Below the pieces are notes generated by a model. It made no database searches and was not told the origin of the DNA. It was given only the letters and a program-made list of their open reading frames with translations. DNA of 63,800 bases, counting the filler, from Octopus bimaculoides (Eukaryota), in NCBI RefSeq assembly GCF_001194135.2. It is 9 parts of 8 records of this genome, joined end to end, with 100 filler letters (N's around TTAATTAATTAA, not from the genome) between each part and the next. Parts side by side here need not be neighbours in the genome. Positions count along the whole stretch, not along the records: positions 50,702 to 58,652 come from NC_069006.1; positions 58,753 to 62,526 come from NC_068981.1; positions 62,627 to 63,800 come from NC_068988.1; 6 more parts are not named here. The stretch is one strand, 5' to 3'. Both the position numbers and the translations under genes were made by a program. Positions 53,461 to 63,800 of the stretch are shown here, piece after piece (position 1 is the first letter of the stretch; the number at the start of each line of letters is the position of its first letter).

Positions 53461-54634
53461 AAACTGAATGTAAAATAAACAAGCAGTGCACCAGCATGGC
53501 CACAGTATCTGACTGAAACTGATGATTGAAAAATAGAATAGTGTGTTGTTTTGTGTTGTGAAATACAAGTATATTACAATTCTTATAAGATTGGAAAATA
53601 CTGTTATAGAGTCCTTGTTGAGTTTTTTGTCTTATATTTGTTCAGAAAATAGTACTGTACTGATTACCTGCCCTTCGTTTCTCCTATTCATCCACTCCTC
53701 TAAAAACACTTTTGCAGAATCCACACATACATATACATTACTTCTCATTGTAAAACAAGCTTGATAGGTAATTGCTATGAATAAATAAGAATTACATTTG
53801 ACAGAAGGTTAAATCTATTGCTTTTTAGCTTTTTTAATGTAACGCTAAAGGATTAAATGTAATGCTTTTTTTTAATTTAATGTTTTATATTATAGAGTTA
53901 AGGTTTCGATGATGTGATTTATTTTTTAGAATAGTTTATGGGTGAGAGACAAGATTTGGACAATTTGAATGAAAGAGCATGTAGAATATTTGAGCCAGAA
54001 ATGGTCAGTTTAAACACTAAAGGGTTAAACCTGTTGGAATTTTATGTCGATTTATGTTCCAAACCCTAGATTAATAATGAGTTATTTCACAAAATTTTTC
54101 ATAATTTTCAAAATTAATTGAAACAAAGGCAATTCATTTCAATGGAAATATGGTACCAAAAGAGTTGTAGTGATCTGAATTTAAACTTTCTCTTGAAATT
54201 TAATGTTGATTTATTTCTAAAATACCAGTTTAATTATGATTTCAAATTTTGGCACATAAGGCTAGCAATTTGGGGGAAGAGGTAAGTTGATTAAATTGAC
54301 CCCAACTGGTATTAATTTTATTGGCCCTGAAAGGATGGACGGCAATTTCAACTTGGGCAGCATTTAAACTCAGAATGTTAAGACAGGTGAAATGTCGCTA
54401 AGCATTTTGCTCAGCCTGCTGACAATTCTGCCGATTTGCTGTCTTATTCACCTGTTTAATGATGACAGTGATATTATTAAATTCTTCATTATTTTAAAAA
54501 TCAATTGTTACAAAGCTAATGCATTATGAAACTAAGGAGCCCATCTTAAATATAATATCCCTTTTTATCCCAAGTTTGTTTTACTGTAGATTTTTGTTAT
54601 TGTCTCCTTACTTCTCTTTTCTTTAATTCTACAG

Positions 54635-54722
54635 ACACAGTGAATTTTCTAGGAATCAGTATTGTTGGTCAGAGTAACAAAGGTGGTGATGGTGGCATCT
54701 ATGTTGGCTCTATAATGAAAGG
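54635..54722 (+). CDS. dvl: Dishevelled exon, N-terminal part of PDZ domain ([30 protein letters not shown])
   Basis: Translation matches the Dishevelled PDZ motif [24 protein letters not shown]. Pyrimidine-rich acceptor ttctacAG at 54633-54634, donor GT at 54723. Length 88 nt (phase 1 to phase 2), in frame with the next exon. Confidence 0.96.
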
Positions 54723-54845
54723 GTTTGTTGCAATGTTGTTTTCTTATTCGTTTGACTTTTTTTTTCTTTATTGTTATTTAAAAAACATTATAAATGAAAT
54801 AGCTATCTATGTATCATACTTAATGTGTATAATTAAGGTCATGCT

Positions 54846-54977
54846 TAGCCTTTCAGAAGGCCATGCGTAGCCCTTCAGAAGGCCATGCGTAGCCCTTCAG
54901 AAGGCCATGCATAGCCCTTCAGAATGCCATGCTTAGCCCTTCAGAAGGCCATGCGTAGCCCTTCAGACGGCCGTGCT
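54846..54977. repeat. 22-bp minisatellite, 6 copies (TAGCCCTTCAGAAGGCCATGCG), in a dvl intron
   Basis: Read directly from the sequence. Confidence 0.95.
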
Positions 54978-55308
54978 TAGACCTTTTTAAAGCCTGCTCA
55001 GTTACAGAGATGTAAGCAAACCAATACCAGCTGTCAGGTGGTAGAGGAAGACAGGGATACACACGCACGTCCACACGATAGGCTTCTTTCAGTTTCTGTC
55101 GACCACATCCACTCACAAGGCTTTGGTTGACCTGAAGCTATAGTAGAAGACATCTGACAAAGGTGCTATGCAGTGGGACTGAACCCAGAGCCATGTGGTT
55201 GGGAAGCAAGCTTCTTACCACACTGCCACGCCTGCACCTATATATTCAGTTCCTTCAGCAATGGAGGAAAATCCTCAGCTTGTAATAAAAAGTACACACG
55301 TACACACT

Positions 55309-55343
<35 letters not shown>

Positions 55344-55396
55344 GGGTCTGCATGTATAAACGTGTTGTAATGTTTGTTTTCACGCTTGTCTTGCAG

Positions 55397-55525
55397 TGGT
55401 GCCGTGGCTCAGGACGGCCGTATTGAACCAGGAGACATGATTTTGGAAGTGAATGGTATTAGCTTTGAAAACATGAGTAATGATGATGCTGTCCGAACTC
55501 TTCGCGAAGCGGTCCAAAAGCCTGG
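55397..55525 (+). CDS. dvl: Dishevelled exon, PDZ core ([43 protein letters not shown])
   Basis: Matches Dvl [16 protein letters not shown]...[14 protein letters not shown]. Acceptor ttgcAG, donor GTAAGC at 55526. Length 129 nt, phase 2 to phase 2. Confidence 0.97.
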
Positions 55526-55559
55526 GTAAGCGCCTTTGCCATTCTCCTGGTTTTTTGTT

Positions 55560-55992
55560 CTGCCTTGTCCTCCTCCTCCTCTTCTTTTCCTTCTCTTCTT
55601 CTCGTTCCTCCTTTCTTTCTCCCTCTCCTTATCTTCCTCTTCTGCCTCGTCCTCATCCTCCTTTCTTTCTGCCTCTTCCTCATCCTCCTTTCTTTCTTCC
55701 TCTTCCTCATCCTCCTTTCTTTCTGCCTCTTCCTCTTCCGTCTCTTCCTCATCCTCCTTTCTTTCTGCCTCTTCCTCATCTTCCTTCCTTTCCTGCCACT
55801 TCCTCATCCTCCTTCCTTTTTGCCTCTTCCTCATCCTCTTTTCTTTCTGCCTCTGCCTCATCCTCTTTTCTTTCTGCCTCTTCCTCTTCTGCCTCTTCTT
55901 CATCCTCCATTCTATCTGCCTCTTTCCTCTTCTCACTCTCCCTTTTCTTCCTTGCCTTCCCCTCTTCCCCATTCTCTCCTGCCCCTCTCCTC
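55560..55992. repeat. Polypyrimidine (CTT/CCT) low-complexity tract in a dvl intron
   Basis: Almost exclusively C/T with a recurring TTCTTTCTGCCTCTTCCTCATCC unit. Confidence 0.95.
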
Positions 55993-56551
55993 AATAAATG
56001 GTATCTTTTCTCCTTGCTGCAAGACATCAAGGCTGTTTGCTTTGTCACTACAATGACGACCGATTGACAGCTTCAGTTTTAAGGACAAATTATGAAAATT
56101 TGGACGTTTCTCTTACCTGTTTTTGATGATGTATGTATATTTGTGTGTGTTTGTATGCATATGTGTGTGTATGTTTGTATATATATAGATATGTGTATAA
56201 CATTGTTGGTTTTTTTCCGTCCTTGTTTTTGTATACATTCGCTGCTTTCTTCCAAGGAATTTAATGCTCTTAGCTTAGTTTTTCCTTGGGGCTGGCCAGA
56301 TTGGAGCAATATCGAGAATAACCAGCTGAAATTGCAAAGATAATCTGGAACTCGACTGAGGAAAGAAAACTCCAAATGACCCGTCCTTGCTTTCTTTGTA
56401 TCGTCTATCTGGATGTATTGTTGTCCCTTTCTTGTATCACCTAACTGTCTGGATGTTTTGCATTCTTGTCCCATTCTGTATTATATATATATATATATAT
56501 ATACTGAAAGAGAAATGTGTGTGTTTATGTTTTCTTTCTCTCTGACTTCAG

Positions 56552-56775
56552 GCCTATTACCCTAGTTGTTGCCAAATGTTGGGACCCAAATCCAAAAGGA
56601 TATTTCACAGTACCTCGTCAAGAACCTGTTCGTCCAATTGATCCCTCTGCTTGGGTGGCACACACTACAGCCATGCGAGCTGAATACATGGGTCGTGGGG
56701 CTCCAGTCAGCTCCTCACTCAGTACTATGACGTCTACCAGTTCATCATTAACTAGCTCAATACCGGAATCAGAAA
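56552..56775 (+). CDS. dvl: Dishevelled exon, end of PDZ plus SH3-binding and Ser/Thr-rich linker ([38 protein letters not shown]...[12 protein letters not shown])
   Basis: Dvl signature [21 protein letters not shown]. Acceptor acttcAG, donor GTAAGT at 56776. Length 224 nt, phase 2 to phase 1. Confidence 0.97.
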
Positions 56776-58616
56776 GTAAGTATTATCACACGACATTCAT
56801 GAGATTTCCACTCAGACTGCAAGCGGGTGATGAATATACAAACAATATTTGTTTTTGTTCTGCGCACACACACACACCAACACAAAAACACTCACACACA
56901 CACACTCTCTCTCTCTCTCTCACACTTTTCCCTCCATTCCTCACCCTCTCTTACTGTTCTATATATCTCTCTCTCTCCACCCCTACACATTCAATAAAAC
57001 TATAAAAAGAGACAGCATCTCAAGGTGAAATCAAAATTTGAAAATCCTACAAGACTAGGTGAAAAGCGCTTTATATGATTTATAAAACATGTGACATTAA
57101 TAAAAATCTGTAAATGTACAACCATCCAGATTTCTGAGTACCTTAAATTTTTTTCTAATATATAACTCCTGTACATCACCTCCAAAAAAAGAAGAAAGCA
57201 AAAGACCACAGAAGTGTGACGAAAGAACTCTGGCCAAAATAGGATTAACGTAATGTAATGTAATATAAAGCTGAAGCAAATTAACACCAAATATACAGTG
57301 CGTGTGTTTTTATTGGCTAAACTGGCAATATGACCATCCCTGAGTACAACAACATATATATTTTTATATATATATTATTCAAAAGAATTCCAATTCTGTC
57401 TGTTTGTTTTGTTTTATTTATATTCTTATAATATTAATGTAGGATATAGAGTATATATAGTAAAATGAAATGAAGTATTGAATGTCTTATTGAATAAATG
57501 AAATATTGAATATTAAATATTAAAGGACTTTTTTGCATTTTAGCCTCACACATACATACCATTGCTCACACACACACACACACCGCAAGGACAATTAAAA
57601 CAACACATACATACTCAGACAGAGACACACACATACACACACTTACATACACACACAGAACATCCCCACCAACACAAAAAACACACAAACATACATACAC
57701 ATGCACTCACAGACGCACACATACACACACATGCACACACGCAACACCCTAACAAATATTAATCTCACACACAAACGTGCACACATATGCACACACTACA
57801 ATAAAGTTTGGGACCAATCAAAAAACAGCCCACACACACAGACACAAACACATGTATATACACACACACACACACACATAGATACATGCACAGAGACATT
57901 CTGACCTCTATGACCAGTTCCAAACACCACTAAACCATCACAGACTAACCCATAAAACAACACAAAAAAATCCTTTTAAATCTATATTGCTCTTCCTTCC
58001 TCCCACTCCAACCAACCTCCCACACTGTCCCTTAAAATAGCCAACATTTCCTAGCTACACACAAGGGATGGGTCAGTTCCTCAAAAGGTGACTTTCAAAC
58101 TAATACCCGTTTGTTGTTTATACACCCATCTTCGTCTTTTGTTTTTCTGTAAAATTCAACTGTATATATGTTTGTGTTTGTGTGTATATATGTGCATGTG
58201 TGTGTATATATATATATATATGTGTGTGTGTTTGTGTGTATGTTCAGTAAAAATCACATTGCTTTGGAACCCCCCCCCCCTGCAACCTAATTACACTCCA
58301 CTAGACCCACATCCCCAAAGAAGATTCCAGCAAGGCCAAGATTACCTGCATTGTATTGCAGTCTGATGGCTTTGTGGGGCAAAACTTCAAGGAGGTCGCT
58401 GTCAATAATATTCTTGTTGCAGAATGATAATAAATACATATAAGGCACACCACTAATGCCATCTGCTTGCTCAGTGACCAGTCAGATGGTTAGCAGGTGC
58501 CAACATTAAATCTTTTATACTAAATTCACTACTTGAATTCTATGTCCTGTAGTGCAGTGGGTATAAGAACACATCTTTCTATGTATATGTATATCTGAAT
58601 AATACTCTTGCTGAAG

Positions 58617-58652
<36 letters not shown>

Positions 58653-58875
58653 NNNNNNNNNNNNNNNNNNNNNNNNNNNNNNNNNNNNNNNNNNNNTTAA
58701 TTAATTAANNNNNNNNNNNNNNNNNNNNNNNNNNNNNNNNNNNNNNNNNNNNGAACACAAAATATATCAAAGATGATATACATATATGTTATACTTCGAT
58801 AACATAGTGAATTCGTAAATGGCCAGTAAAGGAAGACGATAGAACACAACCGATTGAGATGAATAACAGAAATAT

Positions 58876-59214
58876 TTATTGTAGCGTTAATATGTATGTC
58901 TGTGTGTGAGTGTGAATGCGACATAATGAAAACATAATAAAGGACAGGCCGTCATGTAAATAGAATAGTGTGTATACAAAAGAGTGTGTGCACAAATGTA
59001 TGTGAATGCGTGAGATACAGCAGATAGAAAGAGTCAGTAACACGTGTGAGCATTTGCCGGTTTGTTGAGCACACAATAGGAAGAGTCGATATGTAAGAAG
59101 TTGAGGCGTGTGTGTGGCAGAGCGATCACTCGTTGTGATGCTAGGGCTTCCATGCCGGGCCGGGTTCCTGTATACAGTTGTTCGTCGCAGGCTAGGTTCT
59201 TGTCTGTTGTCCAT
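58876..59214 (-). CDS. Candidate small ORF (112 aa), with an overlapping 39-aa ORF at 59153-59034, in a putative intronless antisense transcript
   Basis: ATG in GCCACGATGG Kozak context; second ATG in GGCATGG; AATAAA at 58880-58875. No recognisable homology. Confidence 0.25.
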   Translation of the reverse strand: MDNRQEPSLRRTTVYRNPARHGSPSITTSDRSATHTPQLLTYRLFLLCAQQTGKCSHVLLTLSICCISRIHIHLCTHSFVYTLFYLHDGLSFIMFSLCRIHTHTQTYILTLQ

Positions 59215-59394
59215 CGTGGCAAAGGTGAATCGCACAAACAGAATCGAAGAGAGATGTGCCGCAGTTGTTTGGTTGCTGGTGTACGTGGAAAGTCGTGTTG
59301 ACTATGTTGACGATGCTGGTAGTAGTCGTAGAGTCGTGTTGATGTAGTCGCTGGAACTGCTGCTGCTGATCTGTGTGGTACACGGAATAGTCTT

Positions 59395-59670
59395 TAAGAG
59401 AACTGAACCGAGACGAATTAGCTGGGTATAATTTGGTCTATTTAAAGCAAAATAGGGGCTCCAGAGAGGTATTAGAAAAACACTATCACGTGACCTTATT
59501 AGGAGCTGTGATTGGTCAGTTTGCGTTCTGGCGGGAACGGTACGAAGCAGTTGCCGCTTCAAATAATAATCAGTCACGTGATGACAGGGAAAGATGTTTT
59601 CTACTACGCCCGCGCTTGTTTATATATAATAGTGAGAAGATGGTTAGTTTGTATATAATGGCGATAGGCA
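59395..59670 (-). promoter_or_regulatory. CpG-rich promoter-like region, probably driving a minus-strand transcript (possibly bidirectional)
   Basis: Minus-strand Inr TCAGTT (59406-59401), TTTAAATA (59446-59439), CCAAT (59515-59511), two GTCACGTGA E-boxes (59486-59494, 59573-59581), GGCGGGAA E2F-like site (59530-59537). CpGs are visibly much denser than in the flanks. Confidence 0.5.
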
Positions 59671-60942
59671 GTTTCACTACACGTCTTTACATTCTCAGTT
59701 CAAATTCTACTAAGGTCAAATTCCGCAATCTTGCCTTTCATCCTTTCGCGTGGCCTTGTAAACCTAATTTTCTACAGACATTGGTGGACCTAAATGTGCA
59801 TTTCTGACAATAAAATGTGGAAAAGTTGTACCCTCTTCTGAAAACCTAAGAATAAACTGCTTGACCATACAACCTCTACAGTCAAGACACCTGGCCAAGG
59901 TGCCACACAGTAGGACTACACCCGGAGCTATGTGATTGGGAAGCAAGCTTCTTACCACAAAACCAAGCCTATGCCTATTATAATTTTTAAATATTTCTTT
60001 TAAATCAGACGTTCCATTGCTTGGACAAATTAACAGAATATAAAATCTATCAATACACAACTGGCACTTCGTCGGTTACGACCACAGGAGTTCCAGTTGA
60101 CCCGATCAACGGAAGAGCCTAACTCATGAAATTAACTTGCAAGTGGCTGAGTACTCCACAGACAGTCGTGCCCTTAATGTAGTTCTCAAGAAGACTCAGC
60201 GCGATACAGAATCCTTTCTACTATAGGTACAAGGCCTAAAATTTTTGGAGAGAGGGCGAGTCGATTAGATCGACCCCAGTACGCAACTAGTACTTAATTT
60301 ATCGACCCCATAAGGATGAAAGGCAAAGTCGACCTCGGCGGAATTTGAACCCAGAACGTAAAGACAGACGAAATACGCTAATAATGTGNNNNNNNNNNNN
60401 NNNNNNNNNNNNNNNNNNNNNNNNNNNNNNNNNNNNNNNNNNNNNNNNNNNNNNNNNNNNNNNNNNNNNNNNNNNNNNNNNNNNNNNNNNNNNNNNNNNN
60501 NNNNNNNNNNNNNNNNNNNNNNNNNNNNNNNNNNNNNNNNNNNNNNNNNNNNNNNNNNNNNNNNNNNNNNNNNNNNNNNNNNNNNNNNNNNNNNNNNNNN
60601 NNNNNNNNNNNNNNNNNNNNNNNNNNNNNNNNNNNNNNNNNNNNNNNNNNNNNNNNNNNNNNNNNNNNNNNNNNNNNNNNNNNNNNNNNNNNNNNNNNNN
60701 NNNNNNNNNNNNNNNNNNNNNNNNNNNNNNNNNNNNNNNNNNNNNNNNNNNNNNNNNNNNNNNNNNNNNNNNNNNNNNNNNNNNNNNNNNNNNNNNNNNN
60801 NNNNNNNNNNNNNNNNNNNNNNNNNNNNNNNNNNNNNNNNNNNNNNNNNNNNNNNNNNNNNNNNNNNNNNNNNNNNNNNNNNNNNNNNNNNNNNNNNNNN
60901 NNNNNNNNNNNNNNNNNNNNNNNNNNNNNNNNNNNNNNNNNN

Positions 60943-60979
<37 letters not shown>

Positions 60980-60999
60980 AGACAAAAGGAAAGAATAAA

Positions 61000-62420
61000 G
61001 CCCTCGACCAATTCTGTGAACACATCACCAATTATCTTTATCAAATCACAAATAAACAAAAGCACAGACCAAACTTCAACAAGAGACAATGGAAAGACCT
61101 TAATGAACTAAAAGAAGATAAAACCATAACAATCAAAGAGGCAGATAAAGGTAACGCAGTAGTCCTAATGAACACGAAGGACTATAAAAGTCTAGTACTA
61201 TCTTTATTAGGGGATGAGTCATATTACGAAAAGGCCCAACATTATTAGCAACATAAAATAATGAATAATCTCAGGACATTAATTAACTCATACCGAGATG
61301 GACTCACAGACAAGGAATACGACTACATTACCAATTTCAAGAGTAAATCAAGTTTATTCTACGGCATCCCCCAAATCGACAAAAGCAGAATAATAAGCGA
61401 TGCATGCAAAGAAGCTACAGACATAATTATTAAGGTCCCCTCACCTGATGACCTGAAACTAAGACCAATAATAGCAGGTCCAGCAGCTTCTTGAACACTC
61501 TACTGAAACCCTTCCTAAAACACATCAAGAGCTTTATAAGGGATGACCTGGACCTGCTAAACCACCTCCCAAAAACGATCAATGAGAAAACACTACTAGT
61601 ATCCTTCGACGTAGTCAACCTATATTCAAACATCCCCCACACTCTAGGAATAGTAGCCATCACAGTCTGGTTAAGCAATTACACCTATGAACTCCCCTCT
61701 CACATTAAAAAAGAACTCATAATAGAAGGACTAAGATTTATCCTAGAAAATAATTATTTTATATTTAACAATGACTACTTCCGACAGTAATCGGGGACTG
61801 CAATGGGAATACTGACTGCGCCTTCTTTTGCAAACCTGGTAATGGGCTATCTCAAGATTAAACTATACCAGAGAACACTCGAGAAATATGGAAACTCCTT
61901 TTCCACCTACATACAAAACAACTGGAAAAGATATCTCGATGACTGCTTCATGCTCTGGAATGAAAGTATAGAAAAACGAATTCCAAACACTTCTAAATGG
62001 AATAAATGAAAACCTCCAACTTACGATAAAATACAACAATCAACAACTACTGTTTTTAGATATCCTCATAAAGAAAGTCGGGAATAAGATAGAGACAGCT
62101 ATCTATTATAAATCCACTGACTCGAAACAATACGTGCTATTTGATTCTTGCCACCCGAGACACACCAGGATCAATATCCCATTTTGTTTAGCCAAAAGAA
62201 TATGCACTATAGTATCAGATGCAGGCACCCGTTATACACGACTCCAGGAATTGAAAACCACACTCATAAATAGAAATTATCCACAGCCCTTAATCGAAAA
62301 TACGATCCAAAGAGTACTTAAATTAAATACACAAGAACTTAGACAACCAAGACCCAAGAAGGAAGAACAATTAAAAACCCTGCCTTACATCTCCACACAC
62401 AACCCACATAACAATGAGGT
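61000..62420 (+). mobile_element. Penelope-like element RT fragment (Neptune-like, third lineage)
   Basis: ADKGNAVV, FYGIPQI, LRPIIAG, SFDVVNLYSNIP, GTAMG...APSFANLVM, WKRYLDDCF, HPRHTRINIPF; stops and frameshifts. Confidence 0.85.
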
Positions 62421-63581
62421 ATATATATATATATATATATACATATTTGTTTTGCAAGATTTTTGATCTGAAATCGTGTGTTGAAACAGATGTTGTTGTA
62501 CTTGGGGATGGTCATATTGCCAGTTTNNNNNNNNNNNNNNNNNNNNNNNNNNNNNNNNNNNNNNNNNNNNTTAATTAATTAANNNNNNNNNNNNNNNNNN
62601 NNNNNNNNNNNNNNNNNNNNNNNNNNAGTATCTAACGAGTGCACATGCGCAAGAGAAAGGAATTAAGCTGGAAGCAAGGAGGAGATGATGAGTAGTAATT
62701 TGGCCAACTCTGCTAACCCACCAACGGGTGAGTGTTACGGTTTAAGGTTTGAAACACACGGTAGTCGTTGCATAACGTCCGGTGACATCAATTCCCCCTG
62801 GTCAAAGCTCCATTCACTTTGGTGAGTGGAAAAAAAAAGCACTTTCTAAGTATTATGAATAACATAATATATATATATGTAAAGCAGAGATTATTGAAAA
62901 AGCAGTAGTTTGGTGAAATAGCTTGTAACTCAACTCAGACCGGATTAAACTGAACAATTATCAGAAAGATGTCTTTATCCTGCTAATCTCTCTATTTTTA
63001 AATGTCCACTGCTATTTCTTGTTAGAAAAATAAACCACAATTCCATTGTCATAGAGTCGTTTACGTTGGTCGTTACATTGCTGTTGTTAATTTGTAAGTT
63101 GTAGAGCTTTCATTCAGCTAAATGGTATTATAAAGATTGCATATATTCCTATTGATTTTCTCTTACAGCTTTTGACGTCACATTTGTTGTATTTCCGTGA
63201 ATGATGCACAAACTGCACCCAGGCGCGCGCGCACACACATTACTGAGGCGGCGAGTTGGCAGAATGGTTAACACGCCAGAAAGATGCTTAATAGCATTTC
63301 GTCCGTCATTATGTTCTGAGTTCAGATACCAAAGAAGCCAACACTGGTTGTCAGGCAGTGGTGGGGGACAGACAAAACACAAAGTCACAAATACGCACCC
63401 CCACCCTACACACAAGATGGGCTTCTTTCAGTTTTCACCGAGCAAACCTATTCACAGGGCTTTGATCGGTCCGGAGCTATAGTAGGAAAGACTTGCCTAA
63501 TGTGCCACGTAGTCAGGCTGAACCCAAGAATATACGGTTGAGGAGCAAGTTTCGTAACCACATAGCCGTTCATGCGCCTAG

Positions 63582-63621
63582 TAACAACAACAACAAGAAC
63601 AACAACAACAACAACAACAAT

Positions 63622-63663
<42 letters not shown>

Positions 63664-63702
63664 AATAATAATAATAATAATAACAATAATAATAATAATA
63701 AA
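63582..63702. repeat. (CAA)n/(AAT)n microsatellite
   Basis: Read directly from the sequence. Confidence 0.97.
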
Positions 63703-63800
63703 ACTAATACAAATAGCCACAAAACACGAGCAGAACAAAAAACTGTTTTCAGTATTTAAGGAAGCTGACAAATACAAACAAGAAATCAATCTACCTGACA

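Noticed and set aside
54846-54977. Regular repeat array as CRISPR
   Set aside because: Eukaryotic intron, and the units are contiguous with no unique spacers
55409-56067. Long Glu/Lys/Arg-rich and Ser/Leu/Phe-rich ORFs
   Set aside because: Translations of the CT-rich low-complexity tract inside a dvl intron
58300-58430. Short open frames with a minus-strand CAG/GTAATC donor
   Set aside because: No recognisable homology or convincing acceptor; could be decayed TE sequence

Overview
AT-rich, microsatellite- and transposon-dense animal genomic DNA from a gapped draft assembly. The SINE and LINE families look like those of an octopod cephalopod (probably Octopus); this is inferred from recalled repeat families, not from a search. 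The only host gene I can support is dishevelled (dvl/dsh): three consecutive + strand exons (54635-54722, 55397-55525, 56552-56775) encoding the PDZ domain and the Ser/Thr-rich linker. No DIX or DEP exons are visible. The rest is mostly retroelements (two L1/Tx1-like LINEs, R4/Dong-like elements in (TAA)n tracts, RTE, CR1-like, three Penelope-like fragments, at least three tRNA-derived SINE families), DNA transposons (two hAT, two Tc1/mariner, piggyBac-like MITEs) and simple repeats. Most long ORFs in the track are artefacts of microsatellites and N gaps. The leads most worth checking are: a compact CpG-rich antisense transcription-unit-like segment (about 58.9-59.7 kb) with promoter motifs, Kozak-context small ORFs and AATAAA; a nearly complete hammerhead ribozyme motif at 13524-13570; a 556-bp (TAA)n-flanked non-coding element; a twin-primed L1; a SINE that appears to carry an L1-like tail; and a 99-bp-armed foldback. 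None is proven to be a new system.
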